Of a stretch of 64,000 bases of DNA, positions 19,438 to 28,880 are shown one piece after another. Under the pieces are notes generated by a model. The model did no database searches. It was given only the letters and a program-made list of their open reading frames with translations, and was not told where the DNA came from. The DNA comes from a virus (taxonomy: Duplodnaviria; Caudoviricetes): IMG/VR virus record IMGVR_UViG_3300046171_000271. One strand, written 5' to 3'. Each line of letters opens with the position of its first letter. The stretch's first letter is position 1. Both the position numbers and the translations under genes were made by a program.

Positions 19438-19890
19438 ATGCCAGGAACTGAATCCGGAGACAATAAGGAAGTTAAGAAGGATCTTAAAAAGAAAGGTATT
19501 ATCGGTAAACTAAAAGATGCAGCAGAAGATAAAGAAGAACAGTTAGCAATTTTATCTACCTTTGTACGTTTGGGCATCCTTGTTTGGAGTGGAGGAATTC
19601 TTACTTTGGCATATGTCGATTTGCCTAAGGCATTAAACTTTCCTGAACAGGATCTCGATCCGACTTTTATCGCCAGTGTTTTCACCGGGGTTTTAGCTAC
19701 TTTTGGAGTTCAGACTACTAAGAAGAGTGGTGGTGCTGCTAATGGTGCAGGAAGTATAACAAAAGCAGATATGGAGAGATTGATTGCTGCAGCTGCTCAG
19801 ACTGCACCAGCACAAACAATTCGTGTAGAACAAGCACCTCTTATAATTCAGACGAAGGACGGAGAACCACCTGTAAAACCGGCGGTATGA
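19438..19890 (+). CDS. two-TM membrane protein
   Basis: two hydrophobic helices around QDLDPTFIASVFTGVLATFGV; preceded by CTAAATA 19420-26. Confidence 0.6.
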   Translation: MPGTESGDNKEVKKDLKKKGIIGKLKDAAEDKEEQLAILSTFVRLGILVWSGGILTLAYVDLPKALNFPEQDLDPTFIASVFTGVLATFGVQTTKKSGGAANGAGSITKADMERLIAAAAQTAPAQTIRVEQAPLIIQTKDGEPPVKPAV

Positions 19891-19894
19891 TATT

Positions 19895-20416
19895 ATGTTT
19901 AAGTGGACTGCTCTTACAATAGGAACATTGATTGGGGTTGCTCATATTGGCGTCATTGGACATCTTATAAATCGTCCTAAGATACCAGTAATAAATCTTC
20001 CAGTAGGAGATTACACGACATATAAGTTAGAAGCAGGACGGGAAGGATACAAAATAGAGTATAGTTCTAATGATCCCAAAGTGATTGGGAAGAAAAAAAC
20101 AGTAGATAAAGAAAATGGATTATTTGGTATAGGTGGAAAAACTACTGTAGTAACTGATGAAGAATATACAATGGAAAGTCAGGATGATTCTGTGGGAAAG
20201 TTGAGTGCAAAAAAAGAAGAGTGCATCAAGGCGGCAGGTGGAGGACAGTCAACAGGAAGGATTGTCGGAGCTAGTGTAGGCGCTGCAGCAGCTCCATTCC
20301 TTTCTAGCATTCCTTATGTTGGTTGGGTTGCTGCTGGTTGGGCAGCGATGTTTGGGCAGAGTCAAGGATCTGAGATTGGTGGGGAACTAGCCACTGCATT
20401 AATGGATTGTGAGTAA
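19895..20416 (+). CDS. membrane protein with a glycine-zipper C-terminus
   Basis: GRIVGASVGAAAA...GWVAAGWAAMFGQSQGSEIGG. Confidence 0.6.
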   Translation: MFKWTALTIGTLIGVAHIGVIGHLINRPKIPVINLPVGDYTTYKLEAGREGYKIEYSSNDPKVIGKKKTVDKENGLFGIGGKTTVVTDEEYTMESQDDSVGKLSAKKEECIKAAGGGQSTGRIVGASVGAAAAPFLSSIPYVGWVAAGWAAMFGQSQGSEIGGELATALMDCE

Positions 20417-20491
20417 CTCAAAATAAAATTTAGTTACAAAACAATTTTATAGACAAGATAACATATAGATAGGGTAGTTGCATAAACTTAT

Positions 20492-20815
20492 ATGAAGTTT
20501 CTATTTGGACTTCTTGCTACATTATTTCTTGCTGCACCTGCTTGGGCTGTAGATGTGCAGATGGGATCTGGTGGCAATTTGGTTTTTGATCCTGCTGAAG
20601 TTACAATTAGCGCAGGAGAATCGGTGCATTTTGTAAATAATATGCTCCCACCTCATAACGTCATTGTCGAAGATCATACAGAGTTAAGTCATGAAACCCT
20701 GGCAATGATGCCTGGTGAAGAGTTTGATGTTGCATTTCCCGAACCTGGTGACTACACTTACTGGTGTGGGCCCCACAAAGGAGCAGGTATGATCGGTACA
20801 ATTCATGTAGAATGA
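20492..20815 (+). CDS. petE: plastocyanin
   Basis: signal peptide, PPHNV, YWCGPHKGAGM copper ligands. Confidence 0.95.
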   Translation: MKFLFGLLATLFLAAPAWAVDVQMGSGGNLVFDPAEVTISAGESVHFVNNMLPPHNVIVEDHTELSHETLAMMPGEEFDVAFPEPGDYTYWCGPHKGAGMIGTIHVE

Positions 20816-20949
20816 ACTCTGATCAAAGAAGAGAGTTTTACAAATCCTTAAGAGAAAGGATCAAACAACTAAGAATGGAACATTTATTTGAAGAACCATG
20901 CCCACTCTATGAACCAGAATGGGAGGAAGAAGACAATGAACACTATTAA
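20812..20949 (+). CDS. small hypothetical protein
   Basis: MNSDQRREF...EEPCPLYEPE between petE and PTOX. Confidence 0.55.
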   Translation: MNSDQRREFYKSLRERIKQLRMEHLFEEPCPLYEPEWEEEDNEHY

Positions 20950-21484
20950 CACTGTTGTTTTAAATTTCACTGTAGCAATTATTGATTTTCTCTATCAAGG
21001 TAGAGACTTTCAAAGATTTTGGGTTCTAGAAGAAATTGCTAGAGCACCATATTTTGCTTTTTTAAGTGTTTTGCATTTAAGAGAATCTCTAGGATTACGT
21101 GGCCCAGAGCACATTTATCTGATGAAGGAACATTTTGCTCAAACACTTAACGAGACAGAACATTTGGAGTATATGGAAAGTAGGGGCGGTAGTGCTTATT
21201 GGATTGATCGCTTCTTTGCCAGACATCTTGTACTTGCCTACTATTGGATCAATGTGGTTTATTATTGGTTGGCTCCTCGCTCTGCTTACCATCTCTCCTA
21301 TGAGATAGAAGTTCATGCATCATTAACATATGCAGAATACTTGACTCGTTTCCCTGACGATAAAAAAATCTGCGAAATTATGAATGATGAGATTCAACAC
21401 TTTCAAGAACTAGAAGAGGCAATTAAATTGATTGATCCAGATCGCTTATCTGTCGGGGAAAACGAATTACAAAATCAGAGTTAA
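20936..21484 (+). CDS. ptox: plastoquinol terminal oxidase
   Basis: RFWVLEEIARAPYFAF, ETEH, EIEVHA, DEIQH di-iron motifs. Confidence 0.9.
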   Translation: MNTINTVVLNFTVAIIDFLYQGRDFQRFWVLEEIARAPYFAFLSVLHLRESLGLRGPEHIYLMKEHFAQTLNETEHLEYMESRGGSAYWIDRFFARHLVLAYYWINVVYYWLAPRSAYHLSYEIEVHASLTYAEYLTRFPDDKKICEIMNDEIQHFQELEEAIKLIDPDRLSVGENELQNQS

Positions 21485-21489
21485 AGAAA

Positions 21490-22509
21490 ATGAGAGTTGG
21501 AATTATCGGACTTGGTAGAATGGGCGAGGGTATGTCTCGTCGTATGATGAAAGAGGGTATCGAAGTTTGGGGATACCGTAGAAATTATGAAAAAGCACAG
21601 GAACTTTTTGAAAATGGTGGGGTTGATGGTGTCGCCATAGACATCAAAAATCTCTGCGGAATGGTGAAGAGTAAGTCTCCTGGCATTTTTATGATGGTTG
21701 TACCAGCAGAAACAGTAGAGGACACCTTAAATGAGTTACTACAATTTTGTAGTGAAGGCGATATTATTATTGATCATGGCAATTCCAATTTTAAAGACTC
21801 TAGACGCAGGGCAGAACGGTTGGAAAAACTTGGCATCCAATATATTGACTGCGGTACTAGTGGTGGTGTTTACGGTTTGGAGCGTGGATACTGTCTTATG
21901 GTTGGTGGTTCAGATACTGCAGTATCCATCTGCGCTCCTATCTTCAGGGCCCTCGCACCCGGTATCGGATCAGCTCCCAGAACTGATCCTATGAGTAAAG
22001 CAACGAGTGCTGAATATGGATGGTTACATTGTGGGCCTCCTGGTGCAGGACACTTTGTAAAAATGGTTCATAATGGAGTTGAATATGGAATCATGCAAGC
22101 ATATGCAGAAGGATTTAATATCCTGCATGAAGCTAATGCTGGGGCAAAATATGTTAAGGAAGGCGATGCTGAGGTTGCTCCGATGGAGAATCCAGAAGAT
22201 TATCAATATGATATTGATTGTTCTGAGGTGGCTGAGTTATGGCGTCGTGGTAGCGTTGTGGGGAGTTGGTTGCTTGATCTTACCGCTGATGTACTACGCG
22301 GCGATAGAGAGCTTAGCAAGTTCGGTGGGGGAGTTAGCGATAGTGGTGAGGGGCGTTGGACTGTTCACGCTGCTGTGGATCTTGGTGTTCCCGCACCTGT
22401 TATATCTACCGCACTATTTGAACGATTTGGATCAAGAAAGTTAGGGGCATTCGCTAATAAAGTGCTAAATGGTATGAGGTACATGTTTGGAGGACATCAC
22501 GTAAGATAA
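21490..22509 (+). CDS. gnd: 6-phosphogluconate dehydrogenase (short form)
   Basis: GIIGLGRMG, IDHGNS, DCGTSGG, GHFVKMVHNGVEYG, DSGEGRW. Confidence 0.95.
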   Translation: MRVGIIGLGRMGEGMSRRMMKEGIEVWGYRRNYEKAQELFENGGVDGVAIDIKNLCGMVKSKSPGIFMMVVPAETVEDTLNELLQFCSEGDIIIDHGNSNFKDSRRRAERLEKLGIQYIDCGTSGGVYGLERGYCLMVGGSDTAVSICAPIFRALAPGIGSAPRTDPMSKATSAEYGWLHCGPPGAGHFVKMVHNGVEYGIMQAYAEGFNILHEANAGAKYVKEGDAEVAPMENPEDYQYDIDCSEVAELWRRGSVVGSWLLDLTADVLRGDRELSKFGGGVSDSGEGRWTVHAAVDLGVPAPVISTALFERFGSRKLGAFANKVLNGMRYMFGGHHVR

Positions 22510-22510
22510 A

Positions 22511-22639
22511 ATGGCAAATTCACCAACAGATAAAAGTAAACAATTTGAAGAGTCTGGTATGACTCTTATTACTCAAATAGAATCTGATAAGTATCTTAAA
22601 AAAATTAAAGATAAAAATTCTAAAAAGGAAGATAAATGA
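22511..22639 (+). CDS. 42-aa hypothetical protein
   Basis: MANSPTDKSK...; fills the gap after gnd, stop overlaps the next ATG. Confidence 0.45.
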   Translation: MANSPTDKSKQFEESGMTLITQIESDKYLKKIKDKNSKKEDK

Positions 22640-23106
22640 TGTGCCTTGGTACAATGACAATTGTGACTACTTTAGCCACGATAGTTACAGGTTTAGTAAC
22701 ACCCGAAAAAGTAAAAACTTACGTTTCGCTTAATGCTGATCCTTGGGATAATAATGAGCAAATAAATTTTCAAGAACCTATGGGATTACTTGGTATTGAG
22801 TATGACTATAATAAACATACTCGAATATTTGCTGAACATATCTCATCACCAATGCAATGTGATGATCATCCAGGCATCAATCATGCGGGTGTCAAATTAC
22901 TTGCTCCTATCAATGACATTACTCTTTATTCTGGATTGAGTTTCAATAATTCATATATTGATAGTAACGATAAATTTAGTTCGCCTCTTACATCATTTGG
23001 TTTTGAATATGGAGATACAGTTAAACTATATGCCGAATACTTAGTTGATATAGATGATTTTGATGACGGCAGATTTTCCACTGGATTTAAGGTATTTTTC
23101 AAATGA
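22636..23106 (+). CDS. hypothetical, possibly exported beta-rich protein
   Basis: hydrophobic N-terminus, alternating beta pattern, C-terminal FSTGFKVFFK. Confidence 0.5.
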   Translation: MMCLGTMTIVTTLATIVTGLVTPEKVKTYVSLNADPWDNNEQINFQEPMGLLGIEYDYNKHTRIFAEHISSPMQCDDHPGINHAGVKLLAPINDITLYSGLSFNNSYIDSNDKFSSPLTSFGFEYGDTVKLYAEYLVDIDDFDDGRFSTGFKVFFK

Positions 23107-23234
23107 CTCTTGCTAATGCACTACTATGGATCTCAATACCATTTGTATTATCCACAATATATTTCGGGATACGAAAAGGTGAAAATAACTACTACGAAAC
23201 AGACAAGTATGATGGAAACGGAACCGCTCACTAA
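23103..23234 (+). CDS. 43-aa membrane peptide
   Basis: MTLANALLWISIPFVLSTIYFG...YYETDKYDGNGTAH; explains why zwf starts near 23209 rather than 23110. Confidence 0.55.
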   Translation: MTLANALLWISIPFVLSTIYFGIRKGENNYYETDKYDGNGTAH

Positions 23235-24549
23235 AGGCATAGTAATATTCGGTGCTACCGGAGATCTGTGTAGAAGAAAACTTATTCCAGCACTTTACAA
23301 ATTATGGCAGAAAGATCTTCTTCCAAATGGATTTTCAATAACTGGTGCTGCCAGAAGAGATATTGGAGTTAATGCTTGGAAAGAATCTCTTGGAGAATAC
23401 CCAGATCAATTTTCACATCAATTAGATTATGTTTCGTGTGACTTATCTAATCAAGAAAGTTTAAGTAATCTTCCACAATCAGACGACACAACTTACTTCT
23501 TATCTGTTCCACCAGAGAGGTACGAAAATGCCATTACTAGTCTCAAAGGATCAGGATTACTCGATGATCCAGAAACATCCCGTGTTGTTATTGAAAAACC
23601 CTTTGGGTACGATCTTGAATCTGCTAATCATTTACAGTCAGTGGTGGGCAGACATTTACGCGAGAAACAAGTATATCGCATTGATCATTATCTTGGCAAA
23701 GACACTGTTAATAATATTCTTGCCACTCGTTTCGGTAATATATTATTGGAACCACTTTGGAACCGGGAGTACATAGAAGAAGTACAGATTTTCGCAACTG
23801 AGACTATCAGTTGTGAAGGTAGATCTCAATATTATGAGGGTGCAGGCGTTGTGAGAGATATGCTTCAGAATCATATGCTTCAGGTTCTGGCATTAATTGC
23901 GATGGAAGCTCCTTGTCGGATGAACGCAAAAGAAATTCGTAGAGAGAAAACAAAAGTTCTTTCTGCAACTCGTTTGGGTACAAAACTAATCTGTGGACAA
24001 TATGAATCTTATAAATCTGAAGAGGGCGTTGATCCTTTCAGTAATACTCCTACCTTTGTTTCTGGTGATTTATATATCGATAACTGGCGTTGGAAGGGAG
24101 TACCTTTTCACTTCATGACAGGTAAAAAAATGCCTTATCAAGGCGTTGAAGTTGTCATTAAATTGAAATCTCCACCACTTTCTTTATTTGACGGAGAAAA
24201 AAATAATCGAATTGTAATTAGATTACAACCTCATGCACACCTCGATATTCAAATTGATGTTAAGTCACCAGGACTAAGTGATAGTGTAGAACTTGCTACA
24301 TTAACTCATCGTTATCCTGATTGGTTAGGAGTAGATGGTTATGAAAAACTTTTATATGATTCTATAAATGGTGATCAATCACACTTTGTTCATTCTGAAG
24401 AAGTGATAGAATCATGGAGAATTGTTGACGATCTACTTTGCGAGGGGGATGAATGTCCTATAAGAACTTCACCTTATATCTACCATGAAGGTTTATGGGG
24501 CCCTATGCATAAAACAGAGTTTATTACTAAATGGGATTATCCTGCATGA
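23209..24549 (+). CDS. zwf: glucose-6-phosphate dehydrogenase
   Basis: IFGATGDL, IEKPFG, RIDHYLGK, RDMLQNH, WRWKGVPF. Confidence 0.95.
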   Translation: MMETEPLTKGIVIFGATGDLCRRKLIPALYKLWQKDLLPNGFSITGAARRDIGVNAWKESLGEYPDQFSHQLDYVSCDLSNQESLSNLPQSDDTTYFLSVPPERYENAITSLKGSGLLDDPETSRVVIEKPFGYDLESANHLQSVVGRHLREKQVYRIDHYLGKDTVNNILATRFGNILLEPLWNREYIEEVQIFATETISCEGRSQYYEGAGVVRDMLQNHMLQVLALIAMEAPCRMNAKEIRREKTKVLSATRLGTKLICGQYESYKSEEGVDPFSNTPTFVSGDLYIDNWRWKGVPFHFMTGKKMPYQGVEVVIKLKSPPLSLFDGEKNNRIVIRLQPHAHLDIQIDVKSPGLSDSVELATLTHRYPDWLGVDGYEKLLYDSINGDQSHFVHSEEVIESWRIVDDLLCEGDECPIRTSPYIYHEGLWGPMHKTEFITKWDYPA

Positions 24550-24748
24550 TCCTATAGTTTTAGAATGGATAGGTGTAGTCCTTGCATTTTTGTTTGGACT
24601 CATTATGATTTGTCAAGGACACTTCATTTACCATCAAAAATATGGATACTCCAGAAAAGAAACCGAAAACCCCGAAGCAAGGGACAGAGTTAGACGACAA
24701 ATCGAAAAGGCGCTTAGAGATTTCAAAAATGATTCATCCTCACGATGA
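24485..24748 (+). CDS. small membrane protein (start uncertain)
   Basis: TM helix followed by QGHFIYHQKYGY. Confidence 0.45.
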   Translation: MKVYGALCIKQSLLLNGIILHDPIVLEWIGVVLAFLFGLIMICQGHFIYHQKYGYSRKETENPEARDRVRRQIEKALRDFKNDSSSR

Positions 24749-24911
24749 TGAACCTGATCCTACCGCCCATATGGGAAACTATAATTTCCCTCAGATGCTA
24801 TTTGCTTTTTGTCTTGGATTTGTAACTATGTTTGTTCTTTCAGTAAATGAGATAAACGAATTTAAAGGATGTCCTTTGCCAGAATACTTTCAAAATGAGG
24901 TAAAAGGATGA
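24729..24911 (+). CDS. small membrane protein
   Basis: GNYNFPQMLFAFCLG...FKGCPLPEYF. Confidence 0.55.
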   Translation: MIHPHDDEPDPTAHMGNYNFPQMLFAFCLGFVTMFVLSVNEINEFKGCPLPEYFQNEVKG

Positions 24912-25069
24912 TGCATACTGCTGGACGCTTAGCTTATAATGTGTTAAATAATCCATATGGATTAGGTATCCTATCATGGTTTCTTGTATTTGTTCCAATA
25001 ATTGGAATGTGGGCAGTTCATAAGTATGGATGGGAGCACTGGGAACCATTTACTAAAAAACACAAATGA
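24908..25069 (+). CDS. 53-aa membrane peptide
   Basis: LNNPYGLGILSWFLVFVPIIGMWAVHKYGWEHWEPF; overlapping junctions at both ends. Confidence 0.55.
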   Translation: MMHTAGRLAYNVLNNPYGLGILSWFLVFVPIIGMWAVHKYGWEHWEPFTKKHK

Positions 25070-25260
25070 ACATAGTATTACTCGCATGTTTCTTGCCATT
25101 ATTAATAATTTTTATTATAATTAAATTGTCTGTTTGGTTATCCGGAATTTATACCGAAGAAAAGTATGTCGAATCAGAATCCAGACGAGAACACGGCCCA
25201 TATTTGGAAAACCCGTATGAAGATATTGACAGAGAGGCAGAAGAGCGTGAAGGTTTCTGA
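25066..25260 (+). CDS. small membrane protein
   Basis: N-terminal TM helix, acidic tail. Confidence 0.5.
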   Translation: MNIVLLACFLPLLIIFIIIKLSVWLSGIYTEEKYVESESRREHGPYLENPYEDIDREAEEREGF

Positions 25261-25396
25261 AATCATTGACGATGCATTGTATCAATATTATGTCGTAGAA
25301 AATGATCTTCCAGTTCCAAATTGGAGATACATAAAGGATCAAGATTGGTGGTTAGAATATCTTGATAGTATGGGTATTGATAGGAGAAATCCATGA
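25247..25396 (+). CDS. small hypothetical protein
   Basis: GTG start; PVPNWRYIKDQDWWLEYL. Confidence 0.5.
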   Translation: MKVSEIIDDALYQYYVVENDLPVPNWRYIKDQDWWLEYLDSMGIDRRNP

Positions 25397-25593
25397 ATTT
25401 TGAGTTAACAATGGAAGATTTTACAATCATCCAAAATGCTCTACATTATTATAAACATGTAGAGAAACGCGGACATTTTTCACAATATGATGTTGAGCGT
25501 ATAAATCAATTGAGAGATAAGTTATCTTATCAACTAATCCCTAGTATGAATAGTAAAGATGGAACTGTTCCTTCGCCCCCTAGAAAATCCTAA
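25393..25593 (+). CDS. small hypothetical protein
   Basis: overlapping start/stop with upstream ORF. Confidence 0.5.
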   Translation: MNFELTMEDFTIIQNALHYYKHVEKRGHFSQYDVERINQLRDKLSYQLIPSMNSKDGTVPSPPRKS

Positions 25594-25873
25594 TGATCCT
25601 GTCTGGAGTGTGATTATTTCAATTATCATACTTTTGATAGGAGTTTTTTATATAATCGTCTATATACTAAGAATTGATGAAAGTGAATCTTATGGGAGCG
25701 ATGACACCCCCGAGTCGGAAAAGTTGTTACAACTTTCGAGTGATAGAGATCAATCGAGTAGTGGACGGGGACACGATCGATGTGACGATCGATCTGGGAT
25801 TCGATCTTTACAAGAAGGAGAGAGTGAGAATAGCGGGAGTGGACACCCCGGAGAAAAGAACCAGGGATCTTGA
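25559..25873 (+). CDS. small membrane protein overlapping the nuclease gene
   Basis: RPLENPNDPVWSVIISIIILL TM segment; 3' part runs in an alternate frame of the nuclease. Confidence 0.45.
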   Translation: MELFLRPLENPNDPVWSVIISIIILLIGVFYIIVYILRIDESESYGSDDTPESEKLLQLSSDRDQSSSGRGHDRCDDRSGIRSLQEGESENSGSGHPGEKNQGS

Positions 25874-26153
25874 TGAAAAAGAACTGGGAATTGATGCTAC
25901 CAATTGGATGAAGGAGAAACTAGACGGTGCTATTTCTGGAGACGACGATCTCATCATTAGAACTGAACTGGTTGGTGGTATGGGTAAGTACGGTAGGCTT
26001 CTTGGTTGGTTATATATTGGAGATGGAGAAACATCGCTAAATGAGCAGATGATTGAAGAAGGATATGCATGGGCATATGATGGTGGAACAAAGCAGAAAA
26101 ACTTTGAGGAACTGAGAGAAATAAGACGTTCTCATGGTACTTTAGTGGGATGA
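25692..26153 (+). CDS. thermonuclease (SNase)-like nuclease
   Basis: RVVDGDTID, RVRIAGVDTPE, GKYGRLLG, LNEQMIEEGYA. Confidence 0.85.
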   Translation: MGAMTPPSRKSCYNFRVIEINRVVDGDTIDVTIDLGFDLYKKERVRIAGVDTPEKRTRDLDEKELGIDATNWMKEKLDGAISGDDDLIIRTELVGGMGKYGRLLGWLYIGDGETSLNEQMIEEGYAWAYDGGTKQKNFEELREIRRSHGTLVG

Positions 26154-26944
26154 TACCATTAATACCTGATGTGAATAATGGAATTAAAAAAATTCCAGAC
26201 ATATCTATTCCAAGTTACATAACAAATCCACCATCTGCATTACCAATATACCCACCAGTGACAACTGAAATTGGTGTACCAATTGTTAATATTCCTGGTT
26301 GTGTTGAAGCACATAAAGATAGTAGTGAAAATCAAACTCTTACTTCAGAAGATGATGATGGTGTGGTAACTTTTTGTGATGCGGGAGCTCCTAATTTTTA
26401 TCCATTAAATTATGACTCAAATATTGAAATAAAACAGGATCCACCCCCACCTCCAGCATATAAACCACCGGAACCTAAACCACCTACAGTTCCAAAAGCA
26501 AAAACACCAAACATACCTAAATCAAAAAAACCTGATTGCCCTTCAGACATACAGGTGTTGACTGAACCTATTGGCGAAGTAATTGGTGATCAAGTTGTAG
26601 TCGAACATCGATTGGTGATGCAAGGAAATAATTGGGTTTGCATTACCGTAAAGAGAGATGTTGATATACCTACTCAAGTATTAGAAAATATTCCTAGTGC
26701 TGGTGCTGTGACGGCAACGGCGTCGATTGCAGTGGTTGCCACGACTTCGGCACTGATCGCAAAACCTCTTGCTGATCTTTTGTTAAGAGTGGTGAAACCG
26801 ACTGTGAAGAAGGTATTGAAGAAGGTTGCTGCCTTACGGGGTAAGAAGATCCGGGAATTGTCTGCCGGGGAACGGCGGGCTGAGCAGAGACAGAGGAACC
26901 ACGCGCTGAAGATGCTGCGTTCTGTAACCCCGAAGAAGAAATAG
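26150..26944 (+). CDS. Pro-rich hypothetical membrane-associated protein
   Basis: PGCVEAH, TFCDAG, Pro-rich linker, hydrophobic ASIAVVATTSALIAKPL, basic tail. Confidence 0.6.
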   Translation: MIPLIPDVNNGIKKIPDISIPSYITNPPSALPIYPPVTTEIGVPIVNIPGCVEAHKDSSENQTLTSEDDDGVVTFCDAGAPNFYPLNYDSNIEIKQDPPPPPAYKPPEPKPPTVPKAKTPNIPKSKKPDCPSDIQVLTEPIGEVIGDQVVVEHRLVMQGNNWVCITVKRDVDIPTQVLENIPSAGAVTATASIAVVATTSALIAKPLADLLLRVVKPTVKKVLKKVAALRGKKIRELSAGERRAEQRQRNHALKMLRSVTPKKK

Positions 26945-27760
26945 GACGTGGGATAGAATGACGATGAGGCGATATTACGTTTACGTTTTGCACTAATACG
27001 TCTGCACAAATTTTTCCATATTGACTACGTGGATGAAAACGAATTCCTGCTTTCATTAACTCACCACAATTTTTTAGTCTGGCTAATTCAAAGTCCAACC
27101 GCTTATTAGCAAGTAATTGTGTTTGTAGAGCGATTTGAGTTTCTGCTGCTGTCTTACAACGCTCTTGTAATCCTCCATCAAGAGGTATAGAAAGAGTCGC
27201 GGATAATCCAATACTGGTGCTATAGTTTCTTGTATTACCAGTTCTTACTGGTTTTTTCCAAAGTTCTGATCCAGGATTATCAGGAACGCCATCACCCTGC
27301 ATTTCCATAACGGTGATAGTCATATCCTGTCCATCTTCATATGCTCTTACTTCTTCTCCTTCAGCATTAATATATGTTCTATTATCATACCATTCTTCCC
27401 AAGGCCAGTTCTTTACATTTTTTTGTACTTCTACCATTCTTCCTTCAAAATCTCTAGCATCATATTGAGGTTCCAAATAAAAAGTTTCAAAGGGATCCTT
27501 ATCATTTTTAGCATGTGTAATGTAAGGTGTAAAGTTCGCAGTAGGCCCCTGGCAACTAATACCACCACCATAAGTGTTTGTAATATAAGGCCCTTGAAGC
27601 ACCTGAATAGCCTGATTGGTAACTGAGCCTGATGAATTAGCTATTGGATTTGCTGTTGCACTTACACCCCCCACATCTGCCGCCAGTGTGACAGGGGCAG
27701 TCGCAAGATTTGTTAGACATAGTGCTATTGGGTAAAGATACTTGTAGTGTCGGTTACGCT
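26694..27760 (-). CDS. exported hypothetical protein; start codon unresolved
   Basis: signal-peptide-like YKYLYPIALCLTNLATAPVTLA then ADVGGVSATANP...; the only in-frame ATG (28016) lies deep inside the upstream gene. Confidence 0.6.
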
Positions 27761-28195
27761 GGTAACTTCTGTGACTCTTTGAATCACTGTTTGGTTTGAA
27801 ACCCCAGGCCCGTCGTAGGTTTGAGTAAACTGGAATGCTTCTCCGGGGTTTGTTATCGTGAACTTTGAATTGGAAAAGTCTAGTCCAGCTGAAGGACTTG
27901 TTATTTGTCCCTCTGCTCCTCCTAGAGGATTCACTATCACATTGTTGTTTGTTGTAGAAGGCAGTAAAGGTTGTCCGTTGTTGGACACGTTGCTTCCAGT
28001 TACTGAGTATTGCCATCCTGTATTATAATCTATTGAATTTATAGTTTCAGTCACTTTCGATGTCGTTTCTGTGTGGCTCGTCATAGAGCCCTGTGTGAAA
28101 TTTGGAACGACAGGCACTGAGTATGCTGGTTGAGTCAAACCATGGATGATACCAAGAATCAACCCAAAAGAGATTGCTTCTTGAAGTCTAGTCAT
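27725..28195 (-). CDS. exported beta-rich hypothetical protein
   Basis: signal peptide, VPVVPNFTQGSMTSHTETT. Confidence 0.65.
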   Translation of the reverse strand: MTRLQEAISFGLILGIIHGLTQPAYSVPVVPNFTQGSMTSHTETTSKVTETINSIDYNTGWQYSVTGSNVSNNGQPLLPSTTNNNVIVNPLGGAEGQITSPSAGLDFSNSKFTITNPGEAFQFTQTYDGPGVSNQTVIQRVTEVTSVTDTTSIFTQ

Positions 28196-28692
28196 CAGTC
28201 GATTACAGTGATCTCAGAGACAAATTGGCCGATAGCCGTGGATCCAGCTCCACCCGCAGTCACCGTAAGTGCGCCAGATGATGTTACAGTACCTGCTAGA
28301 GAGGTATTATCGCCAGCAGCGTAAGAAGTTACACTGGAGAAATTAGGTGCTGCACCTAAAGAGACAGCAGCAGTTGGTACTGCATCTGCTTGAGTATAAG
28401 ATTGACTGAATGAGAACGCAGAACCAGCAGTATCTTGAGTTGCTGAAATAGTTCCAGGATTATATACCCCAGAAGTAATTGTACCGGCAGAAACAGTTCC
28501 TGCAGTTGTACCATCAGTAGTATCGATATTAGATCCAGAGATACTAAATGAAGATCCAATTCTGGAAGATGTTGCTCTCGCTGCATCAACAGTTAATTGA
28601 ACACTAGATGCATGTTTAGAAACAAGTCCGCCTGCATTAACAGAACTTGCAGTCAAAAATAACATTCCAAAAGCAATTAACGCTTTTTTCAT
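28195..28692 (-). CDS. exported Ser/Thr/Gly-rich hypothetical protein
   Basis: signal peptide MKKALIAFGMLFLTASSVNA; SSVQLTVD. Confidence 0.65.
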   Translation of the reverse strand: MKKALIAFGMLFLTASSVNAGGLVSKHASSVQLTVDAARATSSRIGSSFSISGSNIDTTDGTTAGTVSAGTITSGVYNPGTISATQDTAGSAFSFSQSYTQADAVPTAAVSLGAAPNFSSVTSYAAGDNTSLAGTVTSSGALTVTAGGAGSTAIGQFVSEITVID

Positions 28693-28715
28693 TTATCTAA
28701 GCACATAGGCAAAAG

Positions 28716-28722
28716 TATTTAG
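28716..28722 (-). promoter_or_regulatory. T4-type late promoter for the minus-strand three-gene unit
   Basis: CTAAATA on the minus strand, about 24 nt upstream of ATG 28692. Confidence 0.55.
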
Positions 28723-28806
28723 ATTTTTTATTTATCTACAAGATATTTTTGTATCTTCAAGAACAACAAACCTAGTCTAACTAATTTTTTAACTAGAGTC
28801 AAGAGG

Positions 28807-28840
28807 TTGACAAAGTCAGGATTTCAGTATATTATAAATA
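28807..28840 (+). promoter_or_regulatory. psbA dual promoter (sigma70 plus late)
   Basis: TTGACA 28807-12, 17 nt, TATTAT 28830-35; TATAAATA 28833-40. Confidence 0.8.
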
Positions 28841-28854
28841 CATCAACGACATGG

Positions 28855-28872
28855 AACGTTAAGTTCTGTAAA
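28855..28872 (-). promoter_or_regulatory. HLR1-like repeat in the psbA leader
   Basis: minus strand TTTACAGA-AC-TTAACGTT, 13/16 to HLR1 consensus. Confidence 0.4.
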
Positions 28873-28880
28873 GTTGTATT

